Shown piece by piece: positions 14,901 to 26,700 of a stretch of DNA of 64,000 nucleotides. The notes beneath the pieces were generated by a model. It did not search any database, was not told the DNA's origin, and saw nothing but the letters and a program-made list of their open reading frames with translations. The DNA comes from Paraspadella gotoi. Lineage: Eukaryota > Animalia > Chaetognatha. The stretch lies in the NCBI GenBank assembly GCA_051294375.1, contig CM119265.1:28851167-28915166 (forward strand), written 5' to 3'. Made by a program: the position numbers and the translations under genes. Within the stretch, counting starts at the first letter, position 1, and the number at the start of each line of letters is the position of its first letter.

Positions 14901-16919
14901 GATAGAGAGAGAGAGAGATGAGACATGGGCTATACTCGAGATTCGCGGCTAGGAAGCACGATGTCGGACCACCGAGCCTTTTGTCCACCATGGCGGACCA
15001 CATCGTCCGGCCAATCTTTGCCGCCGGGACTCGAGGTCGCGGATCGAGAGAATAAAATCTCTGATCCGGAGCAAATTCCGCGGATCAACTAGGACGATAT
15101 CCGGAGATCGGTGGTCGCGGACGGAAGATTTCTTTTAGTTTTTTACTTATTTTTTGGGATAATTTGCTTTTCTTTTCGTTTGTTTTTGAGACAACGATTA
15201 TGAATAAAAAAATATTATATGTAATGATGGAAAAATGAAAAAAAAAATTTTAAAATAAAATAACTTAAAAAAAACAAATCAATTCGTTTTTTGCACTGAA
15301 GGCCCAAAACATTGTTTCGAAATTAATGTTTCAAAAAAATATGAAAAAAATATTTATAATCATCATCATCTTTTGATAGTTTCACTTTTTCTTAAATTTT
15401 GACCAAGAAAAAATTTTTTTTTGAAAGTTGTAGTTATATTTTTATTTATTTAGCTTTTTTCTCTATTCAGAATCTATCAAAAAAGTTAAGATTGGTTAAA
15501 AAAGTATTTTATTCCTTTATACTAATATTGTAATTTTTGATTCGAACAATAAACAGCATTAAAATTGAATTTTTTAAAAAAAATCTTTTTTTACCTGAAG
15601 TACACTCAAAGACTGAAGTTTTAGTGAATTTAATTTTTATCTGGTAGATTTCTAATAAATAAAGGATAAAAAAGGGACAATTTATTTACAAACAAAATGA
15701 CAAGAAAAAGTTAGAATGAGCACAAAATTAACACTATTAAAAACTAAATAACTACCATTGAATAAAAATAAAAGTGAAACGTTTTGCCAGCAAGTTCAAG
15801 TTGTTGGGCCTTTAGTTGATTTCTCCTTACCAACATTTTCCTTATACTAATAATGACTTTTGTACAATTTCATCTAATTATAAATTTAAAATTTAAAATA
15901 CTGCAAATTAAAAACCTTTTTTTTCATCACTTTAACATTAAATTTGATTTAATTCCTATTAAATTTTTAATTCGATTACCTAAATTGTCCAATTTTTTTA
16001 AAAAATTCTTCCGTTTTTAATTATTGTCATTTTAACAAGTTGGAAAAAAACAATACAAGTGGAAAAAAATAATAATAGTTTAAATTATTTGCACTTTATT
16101 TGTAATTATTTTTTACTTTAGTATTTATTTATTTATTTCATTTAGCTGTACATTGATCCGACATTTATTTGCTCAAACTTGGTTTAATACAACTGATATT
16201 TTTTTCCTTTTTGTTCTTATTGTGTTTTTCCTTTGTTTCAATGTGAATTGATTTAGAGGAAAGTTTTTAAAAAGAGATACAACAAGATTTTATTTCTTAT
16301 AATGAACGGACATGTTTCGACTCACATACGAGTTTTCTTCAGCGCAATTCAATTGTTAATTTGAACTGTGAATTTTTTTCTTTCTTTCTTTCTGTCTTTT
16401 TTTTTCTTTTTTTTTTTTTTTTGTAATTTTTTTTTACTATTTTCTTTTTATCTTTTCATTATTTTTTTAATTAAAGGAATGAGCAGAAAAGAGTCTCGAC
16501 TCTCGATTCCGCGGACTTTCAGCTCCGGTCGGTTATCCGCGGACTCTGTCATTAAAGCCCGGATGCCGCGGCGAGGGGGAGAAAAGAGAGAGAAGAGAAG
16601 AGGAATGACCCGTCGGGGGTTAGGTGTCGGGTCAGCGTCCGCGACCTGAGCGCCTGGACGGAGGAGAACAATAGCCGGGCAGCCGGGAAAACAATAGATG
16701 TGACCAAAAATTGGTGTCCGCGAAGTTCAAGTATATGCCTCGATAGAGAGAGTGTGATAAAGAGAGAGAGAGACTAAGAGAGGAGAGAGAGAGAAGAGAG
16801 AGAGAGAGCCTTCAAAATATATTGAATAACTTAAATTTCAATAAAACAAACAAAATGCTACTTTTTTTTGATTGAACTTTTTATTTTTTGGGCATCAGGA
16901 GTGTTCATCTCTCTCTTTT

Positions 16920-16973
<54 letters not shown>

Positions 16974-17953
16974 TCTCTTCTCTCTCTCTCTCTCTCTTCA
17001 GACAGATAAATGACAGAAATTGCCTCTTCTTTCTTTCTTCATTTCCTCTTTGTCTCTCGTTTTCCCCAAATTTTAAATAAAATTTATAATTTTTGTTTTT
17101 AACTAGATCAATCAATAAATACATATTTTATTGAAATTTTTTCCATTATTCATAAAACGCTGATTACTTTTTTAGTTTTCGATCTAAGAATTTACATATT
17201 GAATGTAAATACAGAAGAAATATTTTCTGCCATAGGTTCTAATGAGATATTATGAAAAATTCCAAGATTACTGGATATACTATATTAGACAAAATTAGAC
17301 CAAATTTTAAAAAAAAATTAAAAAGTTGAATGAATTTCTATATTTAATTATTACTTATTTCATATTTTATATTTTTATATTTACTATTATATCATTATTA
17401 TCATTAATATTTTTAAGACCAAAATTGTTTCATCTCCTCGCATCTTTTTTTTTTCATCCGTTGCTCTTTTGTTTAGAAAAACAATTTCTCGTTCGGCGCC
17501 GCGACGAATGGCCGCGCATTAAATCGAGATCAGTCTCGCCGCCTCGCGGAAAACAAAGAAATTACTTGCCTTATTTTAAGAAATTCAAAGAGAGAGAGAC
17601 AGAGAGAGAGAGAAAGAGAGAGAGAATGTAAAACACTAAAACAACAATAGTATTTGTTTCTGATGAAATTATTGATCTTTTGTTATCTTTTCCTTTAGTT
17701 TTCTTTTCTTTATGTTTTCTTTTTCTTTTGTTTTCTTTTCCTTATATTTTCTTTACCTTATGTTTTCTTTTCCTTATGTTTACTTTTGATTTTGTTTTCT
17801 TTTCCTTTTGTTTTCTTTTCCTTTTTTTTTAATTATATTTTTTTCCTTTTTTTTCTTTCTTTTATTCTTTTCCTCCATTTCTCTCTTCACCTCCTTCTCC
17901 TTTTTCCACGAAGTTCATTTTGGGTCAACGATGGTTTCAACCGGGTCAAAAGG

Positions 17954-18029
<76 letters not shown>

Positions 18030-18809
18030 ACTCTCTCTATATCTCTCTGTCCCTCTCTCTCTCACCCTGTCAAACACCAAACTGCCAAATTCCAGAGGAA
18101 ATTCCATCAATCAATCTCTTCTTTTTCTTCCTCCCTTTCCTTTTTCTTTCCTCATTTCTCTCTTTCCTTCCTAAATCCTTCACTCCCCCCTCTCTTGATC
18201 TTACCTCTTTTCTTTTTATATTCTTTCTCTTTTCCTCCTTTCCTCCCTTCCTATCTTCCTATCTTGATCTTATCTCATTTCTTTTTATCTTCTTTCTCCT
18301 TTCCTCCCTCTCTCCCTTCCTCACTTGAACTCTTTTCTTTTTGTCTCCTTTCTCCTTTCCTCCTTTCCTCCCTCTCTTCCTCTCTTGACATTTTCTTTTC
18401 ATCTTCTTTCTCTATTCCTCTCTCCCTCTCTTCCTCTCTTGACCTTACCTCTTTTTATTCATCGCCTTTCTCCTTTCCTCCCTTCCTCTCGTCTTCCCCC
18501 TTCCTCCACAATTTCCACAAAGAATATACATTACATACGGGAAGAGAGGAGTTTCCATTATGGCTTCGGCAATTACATCCCTCAACGAGTCCCTTAACAC
18601 TCCTTTCGCAGTTAAAGAACCATAATCTGGGCTATGGTTGGCGGCCAAAGTGTCGGCCAAGGTGGCGGCTTAAAACGTCGGCTATGGAGGCGTCTGTATT
18701 GGCGGCTTATGTCTCTTGCCAGCCATTTTTAAAGTTTCGTTTAAAAAAAAAATTAAAAAAAACTTTTTTTGGCTGAAACACTTGGTAGAGTTTGGTTGCA
18801 TAATAGTAT

Positions 18810-18810
<1 letters not shown>

Positions 18811-18886
<76 letters not shown>
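18811..18886 (+). repeat. (GATT)n microsatellite; copy at ~7338-7404
   Basis: Direct inspection. Confidence 0.95.
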
Positions 18887-18887
<1 letters not shown>

Positions 18888-19257
18888 CTTATACCGCTTG
18901 TTATAGAACGGTTAAATGGAAACGTATTCATTATCATTANNNNNNNNNNNNNNNNNNNNNNNNNNNNNNNNNNNNNNNNNNNNNNNNNNNNNNNNNNNNN
19001 NNNNNNNNNNNNNNNNNNNNNNNNNNNNNNNNNNNNNNNNNNNNNNNNNNNNNNNNNNNNNNNNNNNNNNNNNNNNNNNNNNNNNNNNNNNNNNNNNNNN
19101 NNNNNNNNNNNNNNNNNNNNNNNNNNNNNNNNNNNNNNNNNNNNNNNNNNNNNNNNTCAGTTTTTCTCCCTCGTTTCGTTTCTTCTCTTCGATATTCCAA
19201 GAATAGTTTTTCTCCTTTCAACTCTTTTTCTATTTTCTCGTAACTGTCATTGACATC

Positions 19258-19450
19258 GTCTGTTTGCTTGATCGACTCTGTCTGTTTGCTTGATCGACTC
19301 TGTCTGATTGCTTGATCGACTCTATCTTCTTTTTCTATCGACTTTCGTCTACTTGCTCTACATCCTCTTTCTGCTTGCTCTATTGACTTTTGTCTGCTTG
19401 CTCTATCGACTCTTTCTGCTTGCTCTATCGACTTTCGTCCGTTTGCTTGG
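19258..19450 (+). repeat. ~21-22-bp degenerate minisatellite (TCTGCTTGCTCTATCGACTCT-like); noisy copy at ~7690-7890
   Basis: Recurring gcttgatcgactctg / gcttgctctatcgactt units. Confidence 0.85.
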
Positions 19451-19594
19451 CTCTCATTGTAGCTCAATGTAGCGGTAATTGTCCGGGCGTCCCTCCGTCC
19501 AGACAAGCTCCAGACAAGCTTGCTTGCGTCGATGGTTTCGGTGATTGAGTCGGCGCCGAGACGCGAGCAGAGACGATTAGAGGGAGGGGACGCG

Positions 19595-19655
19595 CCAAGC
19601 ATTATGAACCTAGCATCGTGAACCAAGCATGGTGAACCAAGCATCGTGAACCAAA
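19595..19655 (+). repeat. 14-bp tandem repeat CCAAGCATCGTGAA x~4; copy at ~8035-8097
   Basis: ccaagcattatgaa cctagcatcgtgaa ccaagcatggtgaa ccaagcatcgtgaa ccaa. Confidence 0.9.
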
Positions 19656-22517
19656 CTTTATGGAAGAGGACTTATGAAGTAATCCATTATAAAACGAGTC
19701 GTTATTACTTCTTACATCACTTTGATACTAAACGTTAATGTTATTTAACATTTTAAAAGCTTGACGACAACCCAAGCTTCAATCATGAATGATCAATTTC
19801 AGACAGTTTTCGTAACTCTGTCTCTGTCTCTGTCTCTGTCTCACTTCCTCACTCTGTCTCAGTCAGATCAAAATTCCTCATCGAATCCNNNNNNNNNNNN
19901 NNNNNNNNNNNNNNNNNNNNNNNNNNNNNNNNNNNNNNNNNNNNNNNNNNNNNNNNNNNNNNNNNNNNNNNNNNNNNNNNNNNNNNNNNNNNNNNNNNNN
20001 NNNNNNNNNNNNNNNNNNNNNNNNNNNNNNNNNNNNNNNNNNNNNNNNNNNNNNNNNNNNNNNNNNNNNNNNNNNNNNNNNNNNNNNNNNNNNNNNNNNN
20101 NNNNNNNNNNNNNNNNNNCCTCCCGTCCTTAGCGCCGCTCTGCGCCTCTCGAACCCCAAGCCGCCTTCGCCGCCTCCCTTTATGGTCAACTTGGGATTTT
20201 TGTGGCCTCAAATCTCGTTGAGCGAAAAGTGGAGACGGGGAGTGGTCGGGGAGCGGTNNNNNNNNNNNNNNNNNNNNNNNNNNNNNNNNNNNNNNNNNNN
20301 NNNNNNNNNNNNNNNNNNNNNNNNNNNNNNNNNNNNNNNNNNNNNNNNNNNNNNNNNNNNNNNNNNNNNNNNNNNNNNNNNNNNNNNNNNNNNNNNNNNN
20401 NNNNNNNNNNNNNNNNNNNNNNNNNNNNNNNNNNNNNNNNNNNNNNNNNNNNNNNNNNNNNNNNNNNNNNNNNNNNNNNNNNNNNNNNNNNNNNNNNNNN
20501 NNNNNNNNNNNNNNNNNNNNNNNNNNNNNNNNNNNNNNNNNNNNNAGAGTGGTAAAGGGGGAGTTGTTGAAGTAAGTGGTAGGGGGAGTGGTACAGAGGG
20601 AAGTGGTAAATCTGGTGAAGAGAGTGGACATGAAGATTGGTGAGATGATGTAGTTGATTGAAGTGATTGTAGTGATTGAATTCTTCAATCTCATTTACAT
20701 ATTATAGTATTTTTTTTCATACGGTTTTCATGGAAGTCTTATTTACTATTTCAGATTTAATTTTAAGTGTTAAATAATGAAACCAGTAAAGCGGCGTAGA
20801 TTATGGAATGAAATGGAAAGACAAACTTTAGTGGTGGAGTTAAAACTGTGAAGTACTGTGAGTATAGGAGTTATTTACGGGAATGAATGAATAGTGGATC
20901 GGGGGCTAAGTATAGCGTCTGAGAAGTGAAGTGAGAAAGGGAAGTACTGGGGCGACGTTGGAGCGGAGTAGTGGAGCCACGTTGGAGCGGAGTAGTGTAG
21001 CGACGGCGACTCGATCGGCGGCGACTTCGACGGCCGAAGCCGCGTCGATGGACGAAAGAAAAAAGGAGAGGAAGAGAGGGGGAAAGGGAGGAANNNNNNN
21101 NNNNNNNNNNNNNNNNNNNNNNNNNNNNNNNNNNNNNNNNNNNNNNNNNNNNNNNNNNNNNNNNNNNNNNNNNNNNNNNNNNNNNNNNNNNNNNNNNNNN
21201 NNNNNNNNNNNNNNNNNNNNNNNNNNNNNNNNNNNNNNNNNNNNNNNNNNNNNNNNNNNNNNNNNNNNNNNNNNNNNNNNNNNNNNNNNNNNNNNNNNNN
21301 NNNNNNNNNNNNNNNNNNNNNNNNNNNNNNNNNNNNNNNNNNNNNNNNNNNNNNNNNNNNNNNNNNNNNNNNNNNNNNNNNNNNNNNNNNNNNNNNNNNN
21401 NNNNNNNNNNNNNNNNNNNNNNNNNNNNNNNNNNNNNNNNNNNNNNNNNNNNNNNNNNNNNNNNNNNNNNNNNNNNNNNNNNNNNNNNNNNNNNNNNNNN
21501 NNNNNNNNNNNNNNNNNNNNNNNNNNNNNNNNNNNNNNNNNNNNNNNNNNNNNNNNNCGCCAGCGTCTTAAGAAGATGAGCTTTTTTATGAGGAAGGGCT
21601 GCCTTGTCTCTCTCGGCTCAAAAGTCTCGCCGCCTCCTCCTCCTCTTCCTCCTCCTCCTCCTCCTCCTCCTTCGTCGCGCCACCACCTCTGGCTCGACCA
21701 CCTCTGGCTCGACCACCCTGGCGGGAAAAGTGGAAAGGGAGGAAAAAAAAAGAAAGATAAATATTGTTGAATTGAAAAGATAATTATTATGCTAAGAATC
21801 TAAAGGAGAAAAATCTCCAAAAAATAACAGAGGAAAAAAAAAAAGGGGAAAAAATTAATAAAAAAAGAAAAACATTCACTTATCGATGGTTGATTAAAAA
21901 ATAGCCCGTAAATTTCCTTCCTTATATAATATATAATAATATGTCTTATTATCACACTATTATCATATCTTCATATTCCGATTCGTGATTCAATGTGACA
22001 CATATTTGTTTCGGTTTTTTTTTCCCTCTTTTTTTCCTCCAATTTTCCTCCACCTTTTTTATTGTCGACCTTAATAGTCGTTTTTCCTCTTCACTTACTT
22101 TTTCACCATAACCACCTCCATCTTCACAAGGAGACCCTTTCCTCCCCTTCTTCCTCCCCTCTTCCTCCCTTTCCTCCCCTTATTCTTCCCCCCTTTTCTC
22201 CCCNNNNNNNNNNNNNNNNNNNNNNNNNNNNNNNNNNNNNNNNNNNNNNNNNNNNNNNNNNNNNNNNNNNNNNNNNNNNNNNNNNNNNNNNNNNNNNNNN
22301 NNNNNNNNNNNNNNNNNNNNNNNNNNNNNNNNNNNNNNNNNNNNNNNNNNNNNNNNNNNNNNNNNNNNNNNNNNNNNNNNNNNNNNNNNNNNNNNNNNNN
22401 NNNNNNNNNNNNNNNNNNNNNNNNNNNNNNNNNNNNNNNNNNNNNNNNNNNNNNNNNNNNNNNNAAAAAGAGAGAGATTCTCCTCTCTCTTTCTCTCTCT
22501 CTTCTCTTCTCTTCTGC

Positions 22518-22558
<41 letters not shown>

Positions 22559-23412
22559 AGGCGTTGCCCAGGGGCCTTCGCTGCTCTCGCTGTCTCCATC
22601 GCTACGCATTACCGTTGTCTAGTCACTAAAAGTACTTCGTCGAGAAAGACGCGACCAAGAAGAGGGGGGGAGAAGAGGGGAGAGGGAGGAGAAGAGGGAG
22701 GGAGGGAGGAGGAGATGGGAGGTAAGAGGGGGAGAGGGAGGAGGAGAGAGAGGAAGAGGGGAAGAGGGAGGAAGAGGGGAAGAAGAGGGAAGGAAAGAAA
22801 GAATGATGAAGAGAATGAGGAATAATGTTGTTAGAGGATAGAATGGATAAGGGGGGAGAGAGGAAGAAAAGAGAGGAAAGAGAAGGAAGATGAGAGAAGA
22901 AAAAGAAAAGAAAAAATAGAAAAATAAAGGAAAAAATAGAAAATGAAATTGAGAAGGGATAGAAAAATAAATTTAAAAAAATAAAAAAATTAAAAGAGTA
23001 AACGAAAGAAATCTAAATGAAAAAAAGTAAAAAAAAAAAACAACAAAAAACTGACTGCTAAACGAATTTTAATTGTTTAATGAATCCTCTATATTTATTT
23101 AATCATTTTCTTATTAACTTAATGATTAATTATGAAATTCGTTAGTGCGTTGAAGTCATTGATTAAGTCGTTTTGAATTTTACATTTTGTTTTGTTTCTC
23201 TTGTTTTTTTGTTATTTTGTTTCAGTTTTCCTTTTTCTTGTGATTTCACATTTTACTCGCGGTTCACATCGGCAGAGAATTTCCATCGATTTAAATGTTT
23301 TATTTTTTTTGTTCCATTTGTTTTGTTTTTTCTGTTTCATTGTTATTGGTATCTGGTTTCTTGTTTCGTGCGTCATGAAAAATGGGTCGTTCCTTCGGGC
23401 AGAAAGCCTGGG

Positions 23413-23450
<38 letters not shown>

Positions 23451-23519
23451 TTCCTTCGGGCGCCCGACTTTTCAATAAAGATAAGAACCCCCGAACGCCA
23501 GATTCACCACTCGGCGGAC

Positions 23520-23775
23520 CAGTTGTGATATTTACTCGAATCAATTGTGATATTCACACGAATCAGTTGTGATATTTACTCGAATCAATAGTGATATTCA
23601 CACGAATCAGTTGCGATATTCACACGAATCAGTTTTGCTATTCACACGAATCAGTTGTGATATTCAATCGAATCAATTGTGATATTCACACGAATCAATT
23701 GTGCAATTCACACGAATCAGTTGTTATATTCAATCGAATCAGTTGTGATATTCACACGAAAAAGTTGTGATATTT
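23520..23775 (+). repeat. 22-bp minisatellite, consensus CAGTTGTGATATTCACACGAAT, ~11.5 copies
   Basis: Head-to-tail units without spacers, with variants TTTACTCG / TTCAATCG / CAATTGTG. Confidence 0.95.
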
Positions 23776-26700
23776 GCTTGTTCTGAAACTTGTTTCCAGT
23801 GTTGATTATTTTCAAAACTTGTCATTTGAAACAGAAAAATTACAATTTTTTTTGTATTTCTTGTATTTGTTCTGTTTTGTATTTGTTATACTATTCGTAC
23901 ATCGTCTTGATCATAGTTTGAATATTATTATAACTCCAGTATGACTCTATTCTACTAGGTTTGTCTGTCTGTAGGTCTCACTTTCTGTAGGTCTGTCTGA
24001 CTGTTGGCCTGTTTTATCCAAGTTCTTTTTCTTGTCCTCTCTCTCTCTCTCTCTCTCTCCCTCTCTCTCTCTCTCTCCATTTGTTTCCTGATTTTAATGC
24101 TGCCTCCTCTCTCTCTCTCTCTCTCTCTCTCCCCTCTCTCTCTCTCTTCTCTCTCTCTCTCTCCAACTTATCTTCTTTCTTCTTTTATCTCTTGTTTTTT
24201 CTCTTCCTTTTTTTTATTTCCTCGTTAAAGAAAAATTACGAATTCGCAGTTATTAATTCGTTGAGGGAAGTCGTTAGTCTCGATCTTAACGAGGAAAGAG
24301 AAGAGAAAGGGCAAGGGAGCGAATGAGAAATGAAAAAAAATAAAAAAGAAAAGGAAATAATAAAGGAAAGAAAAGAAAAGAGGTGAAAAAAAAAGAATGA
24401 CGTGAAAAAGAAATGAAAGGAAAGGGAAAAGAAAATAAAAGAAAATATAAGAAAGAAAAAAAAAGGAAAAGAAAAAAAAAAAAAAAAAAAAAAAAAAAAG
24501 AAGAGAAAAGAAAAGAAACAAAGACAAAGGAAAAAAAAAAAAAGGGAAAAAAAAAAGAAAGGAAAAGAAAAAAAGAGAAAAAAAAAAAGGAAAAAAAAAA
24601 AAAAAAATAAAAGAAAAAAAAAAAATGAAAAGAAAAGAAAAGCAAAGAGAAAAGAAAAAAAATCAGAAAAAAGAAAATAAAAAAGGAAAGAGAGGAGGGA
24701 AAGAAAATAATGGGAAAAGAAGACGCGTTAAAATAACGAAAAGAGAAAAGCAAAAGGAGAGCATCAACTTTAACAAAATTGAAAGAGAAAGAAAAAAAAA
24801 AAAAAGAAAAAGAAAAGAAAAAAGGAAAAAAAAAAAAAAGAAAAGAAAAGAACAGAGAGAAAGAGAAAAAAAAGGTGAAAAAGAAAGATGATTAAAATAT
24901 CTAAAAAGCATTATTTTGTAGAGAGGAATGAGAAAAAAAGAATTGAGTAAAATGGAAAGAAAAAACAAAAGAAAAGAGAATACATGAGAAAGAAAAAGGA
25001 AAAGAAAAGAAAAGAAAGAAAGGGAAAAAAGAAAGAAAGAAAAGAAAAGTTAAAGAGATGAAAAAAGAAAGGAAAAGAAGATGTAAGAATAAATCTAAAA
25101 AAGTATTTTGTATTAAACTTATGAAAACCGCGACCGCAATGTCAGAACCCAATGCAGCGGCACTTTCACGTCAAAATTTCTTCGAAAATGACCGCAGCCG
25201 CGGAAATAACAAAAAAAGCCTTCTTTATTTCCTCGATCTTTCCGACGGAACATGCAGGTTATTTCTTGATAGACCGGATAAGAGAAAATAAATATAAAAG
25301 AAAATAAAAACTAGAGAACAAACGGAAAATAAATTTTTTAAAAAAACTTGTAATTCTAGGCTTTTAGGTCCAACAAAAACAGAAAAATTACCCAAAAATA
25401 CAAAAGCTTCTAAAAGAACAAGAAATGAGAAAGAGAGAGACGGGGAAAGGAGAGAAAGACAAGTGAGAGAGAGAATGAATGAGAGATGAGAGAGAGGAGG
25501 GAGAGTGATGAAGGAGTGACGAGTAGATGGGGAGACGGAACGGGAGAGAGACGAAGAGCAGAGAGAGAGTAACACTGTGATCCTTAACGAGTTGGTTGAT
25601 GAAAAGGCGCCATTAAAAGCATTCTTTATGCGCTGTCCTGAGAGAGTGAGAAGAGGAAAGAGAAAGAAGAGGAGAGACAGACTTAGGAACGATGGTGGAC
25701 TGAGACTAGCGGAGATGAAGCCTGAAGGTGGAGGAGGCACGATGAGAGAGAGGACAGAGGTCAGAGAGAGGGACCACATTCCTACTTTTTTTTCAAAATT
25801 GTGTCTTTCGCTTAAGATAAACGAAAAATATAATTTACTCGACAAAAAAACGAGAGACAAGACGATAAAGGAAACCTTTTTTCTTTTTTTATTTTTCCTC
25901 CCTTTTCTTCCTCCATTTTTTCCCATTCTTTCTCAAATTTGCCCTTTTTTTCTCATTTCTTCTTTTTTCCTCCCTTATTCTTTTTTTTTTTTCACCCTTT
26001 TTTACTTCCCTTGCTTTTCCCTCCTTTTTTTTCTTTTCTCCCTTTATCTTTTCTTTTTTTCCTCAACCCTCCCGCTTCTCCCCCTGTCCTCCCTCTGCTT
26101 TCCTCCTCCCCTCCTCCCTCCTCCTTCCTCCTCTTCTTTCAAACCTTCAGCCCCAACTATACATCAAATCTCCCATATCTCTGTTCTTTGCCTCACTCGG
26201 ACAATGGTCTATGCTTTGTTTGCCAGAGGGACAAACCCTTTTTTCCCAGCGTGTGGGTGATGATAGGAGAGGGCTGGGGCTGGCAGGCTTGTGGGAGCGT
26301 CTGCCTGAAGAAGGAGAGAGAGAGAGAGAGACGAGGAGAGACGAGAGGAGAGATGTTGGGAGACGCGGAGAGCAGAGAGGGAAGAGAGCCCTGAGAAGAG
26401 AGAGAGAGAGGGAGAGAGAGATTCGAAGCCGACAGCTACGGTAGTTCCCGCTTGTGTCCTAGCGGCCGTCTGCAAACCGTTTAAAATGATTGAGAGACTT
26501 TTTTTCGCAGCTGAGAACCTTCGCCGCACCGCGCGGCTTTCGCGTTCACGCTCCTCGACATTCTACTCAGGAGGATATTCGGAATTCGTCGTGCAAGTAA
26601 AATCGCCGTCGTAAGAAGTTTATTTTATAAAAGTTCTTCCCCGCCATTTTGGAAAATTTAATCTTTTTTCAAGAATAATAGTCAATTCCCTTTATTAAAA

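Larger units (their letters stand above)
12205..23506 (+). repeat. Direct segmental duplication, copy 2 (with N gaps at microsatellites)
   Basis: Colinear with copy 1. Homology ends at acgccagattca (11421-11432 = 23495-23506). Confidence 0.95.

Noticed and set aside
23520-23775. CRISPR-like regular repeat
   Set aside because: Units are head-to-tail with no unique spacers, there are no cas genes, and the context is eukaryotic.
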